64,000 nt of DNA from Acidimicrobiales bacterium (GCA_965216675.1 CBDCGK010000004.1:3150061-3214060), one strand, 5' to 3'; counted from the first letter of the stretch, positions 36,024 through 45,168 are shown. The notes: generated from the sequence alone by a model not told the origin. Translations and numbers: made by a program.

Positions 36024-37592
36024 GTGGTCGACGAGCAGTTCCACATCGTCGATCGCTCCATGTTGTGGGGGTTCGACGGCACCGACGTGCCGTCGTTGCT
36101 GGTCGAGCGAATGCAGGCGGGCCTGCTGTCGGGCATCACCCTCTTCCGCTACTTCAACTCGTTGACCAAGGCCGTGGCCGCGGAGGTGGTGGCGGAGCTG
36201 GGAGACACCGTCGACGGCCTGCCGTTGCTCATCGCGGTCGACCAGGAGGCCGGTCAGCTCCGCGGTGTCGCCGACACCGTGCCCTTCGCCGGCAACCTCG
36301 CGCTCGGAGCGGTCGACGACGTCGGGCTCACCGAAGCGGTCGGCGACATGATCGGCCGGGAGCTGCGCTCGGTCGGGATCACCATGAACTACTCCCCGGT
36401 GGCCGACGTGATGAGCCGCCCCGGGAACCCGTCGCTCGGCATCCGGTCGTTCGGCTCCGACCCCGGTCGGGTGGCCGACCACACCGCGGCGTTGGTGCGA
36501 GGCCTGCGCCGGGGCGGTGTGCTGACGGTGGCCAAACACTTCCCGGGCAAAGGTGAGGCGCAGTCCGATCCCCATCACGACCTACCGGTGCTCGACGTGG
36601 ACGTCGTCCGCCTCGAGGCCATCGACCTGCCGCCGTTCCGCGCCGCGGTGGATGCCGGGGTCGACGCCGTGATGGTCGGTCACTATGCGCTACCCGGCCT
36701 GCACGATGGACGGGAGGATCTGCCGGCGTCGGTGTCGCCCGCCGTTGTCGAGGGGATGCTGCGCCGCGATCTGGGTTTCGGTGGCCTCGCCATCACCGAC
36801 GCCCTCGACATGGGCTCACTGGCCCAGGGGGCCGGGTCGCTGATCGAGGCCGTCGGGGCGCTGCGAGCGTCGGTCGATCTGCTCTTGTGCGCAGCCGACA
36901 TCGATCGGGCCGAGGAGCTGTCGTCCGGTCTCCGCCTTGCGTACAGCCGTGGTCTGCTCACTCCGGAGGCGGTCGCCGGCGGTCACGCCCGCATCCAGCG
37001 GGCCCGCATCGCGCTGGCGTCGTTGACGGTCCCGGCCCACGATGCCGCCGAGGCGGTGGCGCTTGCCGACGACTTGGCTCGGCGAGCCGTCACGTTGGTT
37101 CGCGACGAGGTCGGCTTGATCCCGGTTGCCGGTGGCAGCCGGGTGGCGTCGATCATGGTCGAGCCCACGGATCTGACACCGGCGGAGACCTCGTCGCACG
37201 AGCCGCCCGGCCTGGCGGCGGCGTTGTCGAGGCGGTTCGACGTCGCCCACGATGTGGTGGTGCCCCCCGAGCCTTCGGGTGACGACGTCGAGCGGGCAGT
37301 GGCCGCGGCGGCCGATGCCGATGTCGCCGTCGTCGGCACGATCACTGCCCGGAAGGCACAGGGCGATCTCGTACGGGCCGTCCAAGACGTGGCTCCCACG
37401 ATCACCGTGGCGCTGCGTACGCCGTTCGACCTCTCGCTCTACCCGTCCTCCTCGACCCACGTCTGCACCTACGGCCTGCTCGAACCCTCGCTCCATGCGC
37501 TGGCCGACGCCCTTGCCACCGGATCGGCGCCGGGTCGGCTGCCCTGCCCCATCGGCGAACTCCACCCCCGAGGCCACGGCCTCCCCCGCTGA
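36024..37592 (+). CDS. glycoside hydrolase family 3 protein (beta-N-acetylhexosaminidase/beta-glucosidase-like)
   Basis: GH3 N-terminal domain motifs: LIAVDQEAGQL, NYSPVADV, KHFPGKGEAQSDPHHDLPV. The GTG start is 2 nt after the permease stop. Confidence 0.82.
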   Translation: MVDEQFHIVDRSMLWGFDGTDVPSLLVERMQAGLLSGITLFRYFNSLTKAVAAEVVAELGDTVDGLPLLIAVDQEAGQLRGVADTVPFAGNLALGAVDDVGLTEAVGDMIGRELRSVGITMNYSPVADVMSRPGNPSLGIRSFGSDPGRVADHTAALVRGLRRGGVLTVAKHFPGKGEAQSDPHHDLPVLDVDVVRLEAIDLPPFRAAVDAGVDAVMVGHYALPGLHDGREDLPASVSPAVVEGMLRRDLGFGGLAITDALDMGSLAQGAGSLIEAVGALRASVDLLLCAADIDRAEELSSGLRLAYSRGLLTPEAVAGGHARIQRARIALASLTVPAHDAAEAVALADDLARRAVTLVRDEVGLIPVAGGSRVASIMVEPTDLTPAETSSHEPPGLAAALSRRFDVAHDVVVPPEPSGDDVERAVAAAADADVAVVGTITARKAQGDLVRAVQDVAPTITVALRTPFDLSLYPSSSTHVCTYGLLEPSLHALADALATGSAPGRLPCPIGELHPRGHGLPR

Positions 37593-37605
37593 GCTCAACT
37601 CACGG

Positions 37606-37652
37606 TTCTGGTAGCAAAAGGCGAGGTGGAACCTCGCCTTTTGCTACCAAAC
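37606..37652. repeat. palindromic element family member 3 (18-bp perfect stem, compensatory change relative to member 1)
   Basis: ttctggtagcaaaaggcgaggt-gga-acctcgccttttgctaccaaac. The right arm supplies the last codons and the TAG stop of the MocR gene. Confidence 0.8.
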
Positions 37653-39110
37653 GTCGTTGGTGACGGCGATTCGGGCGAGAGCATCGGCGAACTCGACGGA
37701 GGCCGCCTCGCCGGTGGCAGCGAAGGAGGCGACAAGACCCGGCGGGCCGGGCGTGAGCCGGTAGCGGGACAGTGGTGGCACGTCGATCCCCGCCGCCAGC
37801 AGCGTCTCGGAGACGGCGCGATCGTCGATACCGTCGGGAAGGAGGACGGTGACGTGGAGGCCGCCGGCGGCACCGACGGTTGTCGCTCCGGGCACGTCGT
37901 CCAGCGCGGTGATCATGGCGCGCCGCCGCTTCCGGTAGGTTCGCCGCCTCGATCGGACGATGCGATCGTAGGCGCCGGAGGTGAGAAGATCGGCCAGCGC
38001 GTGCTGCTGGACGGCATCGGGGGTCACGAACTCATGGCGCAGTCTCGCCCCGACCCGCTCGGCCACCCCTGTCGGAAGATGAAGCCACCCGATCCGCAGG
38101 CCCGGCGCCAGGGTCTTCGACACCGAACCGGTGTGGGCGGTCACCTCGGGGGCGATGCCGGCAACGGCCCCGACCGGCTGACGGTCGTAGCGGAACTCGG
38201 CGTCGTAGTCGTCCTCCACGATGAGCCGACCGGGTTGCGAGCGGGCCCAGGTCACCAGCTCGTGACGGCGCTCGGGCGACAGCACACCGCCAAGTGGGTA
38301 CTGGTGGGCGGGCGTCACGACCACGATGTCGGCGTCGACCCGCTCGAGGCGGTCGGTTCTGATTCCCTGGTCGTCGACCGGCACCGGCACCAGCTCGGCA
38401 CCCGCGGCTCGCAGGGCGTCCCACTGGGTATAGGCCCCGGGGTCCTCGACCGCCACCCGAGCCGATCCCGCCGCGGCGACCCGATCGGCGACGAGTAACC
38501 GAAGCGATGCACTCACCCCGGTGGTGATCAGCACCCGGGCAGGGTCGGTGCCGATGGCGCGGGTGCGGGCCAGGTGAGCGGCCACGGCTTCACGCAGAAT
38601 CGGTGCGCCGGTGCCGTCGCTGTAGCCGAGCTCGGCCACCGGCATCGTGGTCAGCGCCGCATTCAGACTGCGGCGCCACTCCCGGACGGGAAAGGCGACG
38701 AGATCGGGCAGGCCTGGTTGGAGGTCGATGTGGATCGGTGGCGAGACGCCGACCTGCAACCGGTCGGCCGTGCCGCCTCCTCCCTCCGACCGTTCGGCCG
38801 TCACGTCTCCGGTCCGTTCGGTCGGCGCAGCGTCGATGGGCCGAGGGGCGACCCGGGTGCCGTCGCCGGCCCGGGCCGTCAGGTAACCCTCGGCATTCAA
38901 CTGGTCGTAAGCGTCGACCACCACGTTGCGGGCCCAACCCAGTTCCGAGGCAAGAGCCCGGGTCGAGGGCAGCCGATCGCCGGCGGTGAGACGCCCTATC
39001 CGAATGGTGTCCCGGAGCGCCGCCTGCAATCGGAGCGACTTGGTCGGCTCGGGTCGGTCCCCCAGCTCGAGGAAGAGGCGGGTCATCGATGGACCCGTCG
39101 AACGAGCCAC
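37644..39110 (-). CDS. MocR/PdxR-type regulator (GntR wHTH fused to a PLP-dependent aminotransferase-like domain)
   Basis: LPSTRALASELGWARNVVVDAYDQLNAEGYL (GntR HTH) and SVSKTLAPGLRIGWL (PLP lysine context). Confidence 0.85.
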   Translation of the reverse strand: MARSTGPSMTRLFLELGDRPEPTKSLRLQAALRDTIRIGRLTAGDRLPSTRALASELGWARNVVVDAYDQLNAEGYLTARAGDGTRVAPRPIDAAPTERTGDVTAERSEGGGGTADRLQVGVSPPIHIDLQPGLPDLVAFPVREWRRSLNAALTTMPVAELGYSDGTGAPILREAVAAHLARTRAIGTDPARVLITTGVSASLRLLVADRVAAAGSARVAVEDPGAYTQWDALRAAGAELVPVPVDDQGIRTDRLERVDADIVVVTPAHQYPLGGVLSPERRHELVTWARSQPGRLIVEDDYDAEFRYDRQPVGAVAGIAPEVTAHTGSVSKTLAPGLRIGWLHLPTGVAERVGARLRHEFVTPDAVQQHALADLLTSGAYDRIVRSRRRTYRKRRRAMITALDDVPGATTVGAAGGLHVTVLLPDGIDDRAVSETLLAAGIDVPPLSRYRLTPGPPGLVASFAATGEAASVEFADALARIAVTNDVW

Positions 39111-39156
39111 GAATGGATCTGTACAAACGGTTCCACATGCGCCAGATTAGAGGACC

Positions 39157-41206
39157 ATGAGCGATGCCACCAGCCCGACGACCACCGTGACCGGGTCGTG
39201 TCACCATGACTGCCCCGACACCTGTATGTGGGTCGTCGAGGTCGACGACGGCCGGGCGGTGAGCCTGCGGGGCGCGGAGGACCACCCGGTCACCGCCGGC
39301 CAGCTGTGTCCGAAGGTCAACCGGTTCCTCGACCGGGTCTACCACCCTGACCGGCTCCTCCACCCGCTGCGCCGGGTCGGGCCGAAGGGATCCGGTGAGT
39401 ACGAGCCGATCGGCTGGGACGAGGCGCTCGACGAGATCGCCGGCCGTCTCGGCGCCTTCCGAGACGCCGGTCGGGCCGACGCCGTGCTGCAGTTCTCCTT
39501 CGACGGCACCCAGGGGGTGATCCAGAAGGGCATCCTGGCCGATCGGTTCTTCGACGCCTTCGGAGCCAGCGACATCCGGCGGCACCTGTGCGGCACCACC
39601 GCCTGGCTCGGCGCGGCCGACGTGTACGGCACGCCCTACGGCATCGACCCCGAGCTGCTGGACCGGGCTCAGACCATCGTGTTGTGGGGCACCGACACGA
39701 TGTTGACCAACCGCCACCTGTGGCCGATCATCGAACGGGCCCGATCGGCAGGCGCCGTTGTCGTCGTGATCGATCCGGTTCGGTCCGCCACCGCCCAGCG
39801 AGGTGATGAGCACCTCCAGGTTCGGCCCGGCACCGACGTCGCCCTCGTGCTGTCACTGGTCCACGTCCTCGACCGGGACGGCCTACTCGACCACGACTGG
39901 CTGGCCGACCACACCTCCGGCTGGGCCGAGCTGCACTCGTCGGCGCAACCGTGGACGCCGGAGCGGGCCGCGGCCGAGACCGGCATCGCCGCCGAGCGTA
40001 TCGAGTGGCTGGCCCACCGGCTGGCCCGATCGAGACCGGCCGCCATCCGCACCCTCGTCGGACCCGAGCACCGACGCAACGGCCGCGAGATCATGCGGGC
40101 CACGGCCATGCTCTCCGCGGTGACCGGGGCGTGGCGCGACGCCGGTGGCGGGCTGGCCCGGTCGACCCAGGTCTATTTCGAGACCGCACTCAACTACCCG
40201 ACCGACCGACCGGAGCGTCGCCGGTTCAACATGGCCCGCCTCGGCCAGATCCTCACCGACCCCGATCTCGACCCGCCGATCGAGGCGCTGGTGGTCCACA
40301 ACTCGAATCCGGCGGTCATCGTGCCCGACCAGAATCGGATCGTGACCGGGCTCGAACGCAACGACCTGTTCACCGTCGTCATCGAGCAGTTCATGACCGA
40401 CACCGCCCGCTACGCCGATGTCGTGCTGCCGGCCACCACCCAGATCGAACACCTCGACCTCGGCATCGCCTGGGGCCACCTCTACCTGTCGCTCAACCAG
40501 CCGGCCGTCGCCCCCCTGGGTGAGGCCCTGCCCAACACCGAGATCTTCCGACGGCTCGCCGCCCGTCTCGGGCTCGCCGCCCCCGGCCTGGCCGACAGCG
40601 ACGAGGCCCTCATCCGCGAACTGCTCGACACCGACCATCCGTGGACCGAGGGCATCACCTACGAGCTGCTCGCACAAGACGGCTGGGCCCGGCTCCGCAT
40701 CCCCACCGACCACCGACCCTATGTCGACGCCGAACCCCGACACCGCCGACGGCCGGCTGCAGCTCGGAGCCCTCGATCATCAACCGGGCTCGGCCGGGCC
40801 GCAGCCGGTTGACGGCTCCGGCTCCCGCCGACCGCTCGGTTTGATCAGCCGCAAGCAGCACCCGAAGTTCCTCAACGCCAACTACGGCGGGTTCGCCGAG
40901 CACCTCCCGAACCCGCCGGAGCCCCGGATCGACATCCACCCCGTCGACGCCGAGGTTCGTGGTGTGGCCGACGGAGCCGCGGTGCGGGTCCACAACGAAC
41001 TGGGCAGCCTGACCCTCACCGCCCGCATCAGCACCGACACCCAACCGGGGCTGGTGACGATCCCGTTCGGCTGGTGGCACGGCGCCACGCCGGAGAACCG
41101 TGGTGTCAACGCACTGACCCGAACGACGCTGCCGCCCGATGAGGAGGGGTCGGCGTTCTTCCACGACACCACCGTCGACGTCGAGCCGATCGGAGGTGGG
41201 TCGTGA
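39157..41206 (+). pseudogene. molybdopterin (MopB superfamily) oxidoreductase, reading frame interrupted by a +1 frame change at ~40700-40745
   Basis: N-terminal [4Fe-4S] motif CHHDCPDTC...C and a molybdopterin oxidoreductase body in ORF 39157..40812. The C-terminal molybdopterin-binding barrel (DGRLQLGAL...RIDIHPVDAEVRGVADGAAVRVHNELGSLTLTARISTDTQPGLVTIPFGWW) continues in ORF 40418..41206, one nt out of register. Confidence 0.8.
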
Positions 41207-42039
41207 CCGCGCCAACCCGCCCAGGTGGCGCCTTCCGCTCCCGCCCGACCCGCCACGCCGGTGTCCGGGAACACGGTGACTGGCGAATCAAGTGGTACGA
41301 GATCACGCTCGACGGCACACCGATCGCCCCGCCCGTCGTCGACGCGGCCCGCCGGTTGGTCGACGACGTGTGCCGGAACGTGCCGCCGACCGATGGGCTC
41401 GGACTCGGCTTCGTCGTGGTGCACCACGGCGCCGAGTCGGTCTGGCTGTTGCTCGACCGCTGGGAGGGCGACATCGTGAACCAGCACACCTGGTCGGCCG
41501 GGTTGGATGACCCTTCCGCCTTCACCCCGGTACCACCCGGCGGACCCACGGCCTGCGTGTGGGAGCTGGTCGTCCACAGCCACGAGCGCGACGCTCTCGT
41601 CCGTCACATCCTCGACCCGCTCGACGGGCCGGATGCCGACGCCTACCTGGGCAACGTCGCCGCCCCGGAGGCACCGGATGCGACGCAGCGGCGGGTCGAG
41701 CTGATCGAGACGTTCAACCGGGCCTGGTACGCCGGTGACGTCGACACGCTGATGGCCTTGCTGTCCGACGCCCCGGTCTACCGGCCGTCGGCTCCGGCGA
41801 GGCCCGGTTTCGAGTACCGGGGACGAGACGAGGTGCGGGCCGGATTCGCCGCGGTGATGGCGGCCGAACAGGCCGCTGCGGTGGCCGCTCCCGGTACCGC
41901 CAACGCCGTCGACGCTCGGATCGAAGTCCACGGCGATCGGGCGATCTCATACTGGCGTTACGGCGACGTCGACGGCATCGACGTGTGGACCTTTCACGGC
42001 GACCGGATTGCGGTCAAGGACGCCTACCGGAAGGCGTGA
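41203..42039 (+). CDS. hypothetical protein: unknown N-terminal half plus SnoaL/NTF2-like C-terminal half
   Basis: GTGA start/stop overlap with the molybdoenzyme. The C-terminal part (RRVELIETFNRAWYAGDVDTLMALLSDAPVY...) is SnoaL-like. The N-terminal part (WRIKWYEITLDG...FVVVHHGAESVWLLLDRW) carries no motif I recognise. Confidence 0.55.
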   Translation: MTAPTRPGGAFRSRPTRHAGVREHGDWRIKWYEITLDGTPIAPPVVDAARRLVDDVCRNVPPTDGLGLGFVVVHHGAESVWLLLDRWEGDIVNQHTWSAGLDDPSAFTPVPPGGPTACVWELVVHSHERDALVRHILDPLDGPDADAYLGNVAAPEAPDATQRRVELIETFNRAWYAGDVDTLMALLSDAPVYRPSAPARPGFEYRGRDEVRAGFAAVMAAEQAAAVAAPGTANAVDARIEVHGDRAISYWRYGDVDGIDVWTFHGDRIAVKDAYRKA

Positions 42040-42055
42040 GTTCCCCGTCGCCTTG

Positions 42056-42170
42056 CAACCGCCGATCCACCCCCGAACTTTTGGACGCTCGCGCCCCACC
42101 AGGGGGACGTCAGAAGGCAAAAGCTTGGGTTTAGGGGGACGTCGGCTTCCAAAAGTTCGGGGGGCGGTTG
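42056..42170. other. 115-nt imperfect long hairpin with internal direct repeats AGGGGGACGTC x2 (possible structured RNA or terminator)
   Basis: Outer stem caaccgcc (42056-42063)/ggcggttg (42163-42170). Inner stem ccccgaacttttgga (42071-42085)/tccaaaagttcgggg (42148-42162). Direct repeats at 42101-42111 and 42133-42143. Confidence 0.6.
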
Positions 42171-42201
42171 GGGCGGCGCGGGGTGCGGAGGGGCGGCTGG
42201 G

Positions 42202-42942
42202 TCAGATCCAGGCCAACACCGCTTCCATCGGCCACGGCGCCCGTTGGAGCTCGACGGCGTCGACCAACAGCTCGGCGTAGCGCTGACCCCGGCGGGCCTT
42301 GGCCTGGATGAATCGGCGCAGTTGCTGTTCGACGGGGCGGCCCCGCCATTCCGGCTGGCGCTGCAGGGTATGAAACGACCCGAGTTCGCCCTGAGCCTCG
42401 ACGATGATCAGCACCCGCTCGGAGCCGACGGCCCGGATCAGCTCGTCCTCCAGATCCTCGACACAGACGTGGAAACCGATCCGGGCCAGATCGCCGACGG
42501 TCGGCACCGGACCGATTTCGCTCCGGTCGACCGCTCGACGCACCGTTTCGGCGGCATCGGCATCACACAAGCCGGCGACGTCAAGCCCTCGACCTCCCGG
42601 CCCGAGGTCGGCCACAAACCGGCCGACTGCCTGAGCCCCGCCCACCGGGAGGATCACGACACCCTCGGCAGCCAGATCACGGCTGCGTCGCCGGGCCAAC
42701 GTCTCGACGGCGATTTGGTCGGTCACCCCTTCGACGAGGATCACGGCTTCGGTGGCGTCACCGACGAGGTCCAGCGCTCTGGCGGTGGCCCGCTCGGGGG
42801 CTCCCGGTCCGTGGGGGTAGCCGGCCGGCGGGCGTGGCCGCGACTGTGACTGTGGCCGCCGCCGCGACTGCGAGTGCGGGCGGCGTGGCCCGGAATCGGC
42901 GTCGTCTGGACCCTGGACCTCCATGAGGTCAGGGTGGCTCAT
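42202..42942 (-). CDS. stand-alone Toprim domain protein (OLD-family nuclease C-terminal-like)
   Basis: AVILVEGVTDQIAVETL (Toprim Glu motif) ... VAGLCDADAAE (DxD motif). The N-terminus is low-complexity Arg/Pro/Ser/Gln-rich. No ABC ATPase domain. Confidence 0.6.
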   Translation of the reverse strand: MSHPDLMEVQGPDDADSGPRRPHSQSRRRPQSQSRPRPPAGYPHGPGAPERATARALDLVGDATEAVILVEGVTDQIAVETLARRRSRDLAAEGVVILPVGGAQAVGRFVADLGPGGRGLDVAGLCDADAAETVRRAVDRSEIGPVPTVGDLARIGFHVCVEDLEDELIRAVGSERVLIIVEAQGELGSFHTLQRQPEWRGRPVEQQLRRFIQAKARRGQRYAELLVDAVELQRAPWPMEAVLAWI

Positions 42943-42976
42943 CGACGCACCGCCGTCGAGCGAATTTGGGTGGGCG

Positions 42977-44170
42977 TCAGGTCTGGTGCGGCTCGAACGG
43001 GAGGTCGCTGATCACCGCCGGGCGGCGACCGTCGGGGGTCTCGATCTCCACCTCGGTGCCCGCCTCCCACCAGCCCCGCTCCATCATCGCCAGTGCGATC
43101 CCGTGCCGGAAGGTCGGCGACCAGGTGGCCGAGGTGACGGCACCGATGGGCTCACCACCGCCTACCGGTTCCACCGGCCAGCGGTGGCGGACGGTACCGA
43201 CCTCGTCGGCGTCGAACAGCAGGCCCATCATGCGCCGCTGCGGCCCCTCGTCCCGCACCCGGCGAAGGGCGTCACGGCCGAGGAAGTCGATGTCGGCATC
43301 GAGGTGGCAGAAGGATTCGAGACGGCATTCGAGCGGGTTATTGGCCACGGTGGCGTCGTTGCCGTAGGAGAGCAGGCCGCCCTCGATGCGCTCGATCAGG
43401 TTCGGGCACCCGGGCCCGACGTCGAGGTCGGCTCCGGCCTCGAACAGGGTGTCCCACAGCGGCTCGGCCAGGTCGGGGCGATCGAGGTAGATCTCGAACC
43501 CGCCCTGCTTGCTCCACCCGGTGCGGGCGGCCAGGAACTCGTGGCCCATGAACTCGACGGGGGCGAAGCGGAAGAAGCCGATGTCGTGGACGGATTCACC
43601 GAACACCCGGGCCACGAGTTCGTCGGCCTTCGGTCCCTGAACGGCCAGCGGGAACACGTCAGGTTCGAACACCTGAACGGCGAGGTCCATGCCCTGGACG
43701 AGTCCGGCCACCCAAAGGCTCATGTCGAGATCGGCGATCGACAGCCAGAAACGATCCTCGGCCAGCTTCAGGATGACCGGGTCGTTGAGCAGCCCACCGG
43801 CGGCGTCGGTCATCGGGGCGTAGAGGCAGCGGCCGGGAGCGGCCTTCGACAGGTCACGGGGGGTGAGGAGCTGCGCGAGGCGGGCGGCGTCGGGGCCGAC
43901 GATCTCGACCTGTCGCTGACACGACACGTCCCACACCTGCACGTGTTCCTTGAGGTGCCGGTAGTCGTCTTCGAGAGAGCGGAACGCGGTGGGCAACAGC
44001 ATGTGGTTGTACACCGTGTAGCCCGTCACACCGGCCGCCTCGACCCGGTTGGAGAACGGGGTGCTTCGCACTCGGAGATTGGGGGACAGGACGGGTGAGG
44101 GAGCGGGAGCCGGCCGGGTCGGAACCGGCACCTCGTCGCCGTTGCGAGGGGCGAGAACTGGAGCAGCCAT
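42977..44170 (-). CDS. aminomethyltransferase family protein (GcvT/DmdA-like, folate-dependent)
   Basis: RSTPFSNRVEAAGVTGYTVYNHMLLPTAFRSLEDDYRHLKEHVQVWDVSCQRQVEIVGPDA...LNDPVILKLAEDRFWLSIAD, a GcvT-fold N-terminal region. The ATG at 44170 is preferred over the ORF-track start at 44272. Confidence 0.75.
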   Translation of the reverse strand: MAAPVLAPRNGDEVPVPTRPAPAPSPVLSPNLRVRSTPFSNRVEAAGVTGYTVYNHMLLPTAFRSLEDDYRHLKEHVQVWDVSCQRQVEIVGPDAARLAQLLTPRDLSKAAPGRCLYAPMTDAAGGLLNDPVILKLAEDRFWLSIADLDMSLWVAGLVQGMDLAVQVFEPDVFPLAVQGPKADELVARVFGESVHDIGFFRFAPVEFMGHEFLAARTGWSKQGGFEIYLDRPDLAEPLWDTLFEAGADLDVGPGCPNLIERIEGGLLSYGNDATVANNPLECRLESFCHLDADIDFLGRDALRRVRDEGPQRRMMGLLFDADEVGTVRHRWPVEPVGGGEPIGAVTSATWSPTFRHGIALAMMERGWWEAGTEVEIETPDGRRPAVISDLPFEPHQT

Positions 44171-44271
44171 GTTTCGAACTCTACGATTGGCCGTTGATAA
44201 GGAACAGTGAAATGTAAGAATGTTGAATAGAGGATGTTTATGACCTCTCCGCCTGTCCGTCATCGGCCGCA

Positions 44272-45165
44272 ATGGACCTGAAGATCCGCCACCTGGAGGT
44301 TTTCCAGGCGGTCTACGAGACCGGCTCGGTGACCGCGGCGGCCCAGCGGTTGCACTGCACGCAACCGGCGGTCAGCGTCGCCCTGGCCAAGTTCGAGGAC
44401 CAGCTCGGAATGCGATTGTTCGAACGCAGCCGGGGCCGGTTCGCCGCCACCCCCGAGGCCGACGTGCTCTATGTCGAGGTGGAACGTGGTCTGCTCGGGT
44501 TCGCCCGCATCGTGGGCAAGGCCGAGGAGCTGCGGGCCGGGTCGGTGCAGCATCTACGGGTCGGCGTCGACGGCTCGCCCGCGATCCGACTGTTGCCCGC
44601 GGTCGTGGCCCAGTTCCTGAGCGACAACCCCGACGTGTCGGTCGACATCTCGCCTCGACCGTCGGCCGAGGTGGTCGACTGGATCGGATCCCGGCTGCTC
44701 GACCTCGGTCTGGTGGAGACGCCACTCGACGCACCCGGCGTCGAGTACGAACCGTTCACCCAGGCTTGCGTCGCCCTCGTTCCGGTCGACCATCCGCGGG
44801 CCGGTGAGCCGGTGCTCACCCCGGCCCTGCTCGACGGGTTCGCGGTGGTCGGCTGCTCCGAACGCCACCCGATCGACACCCAACTGGAGACGGCGTTCAC
44901 CGACGCCGGCGCGTACTTGAACTGTGTGGTGCGGGGCTACTACTTCGCCACGGCCCGCAACCTGGCCCGCTGCGGTGCCGGCGTCGCCTTCGTCGACTCG
45001 CTCAACGCCGACATCGGCGTCGACGACGGCCTGGTGGCCATCCCGTTCGAGCCCACCATCCACTACGAGCAGGCGCTCGTCTACCCGGCCCAGCCCGGAC
45101 CCGGCGCCCTGGTCTCGGACCTACTCGACCGATTGCGGACCGCCCTCGAACCGCACGTGGTGTGA
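44272..45165 (+). CDS. LysR family transcriptional regulator
   Basis: MDLKIRHLEVFQAVYETGSVTAAAQRLHCTQPAVSVALAKFEDQLGMRLFER. Divergent from the GcvT-like gene across a 100-nt AT-rich region. Confidence 0.9.
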   Translation: MDLKIRHLEVFQAVYETGSVTAAAQRLHCTQPAVSVALAKFEDQLGMRLFERSRGRFAATPEADVLYVEVERGLLGFARIVGKAEELRAGSVQHLRVGVDGSPAIRLLPAVVAQFLSDNPDVSVDISPRPSAEVVDWIGSRLLDLGLVETPLDAPGVEYEPFTQACVALVPVDHPRAGEPVLTPALLDGFAVVGCSERHPIDTQLETAFTDAGAYLNCVVRGYYFATARNLARCGAGVAFVDSLNADIGVDDGLVAIPFEPTIHYEQALVYPAQPGPGALVSDLLDRLRTALEPHVV

Positions 45166-45168
45166 CAC

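Noticed and set aside
39111-39156. Possible Moco riboswitch upstream of the molybdopterin oxidoreductase.
   Set aside because: The intergenic region is only 46 nt, too short for the ~130-nt Moco RNA motif. It is a MocR divergent promoter.
44171-44271. Possible glycine riboswitch upstream of the GcvT-like gene (a GGAGAG motif is present).
   Set aside because: The region is only ~100 nt, AT-rich, and lacks the conserved CACCG/GGGGC-type cores and the paired-aptamer architecture. It is more simply the divergent LysR/gcvT-like promoter region.
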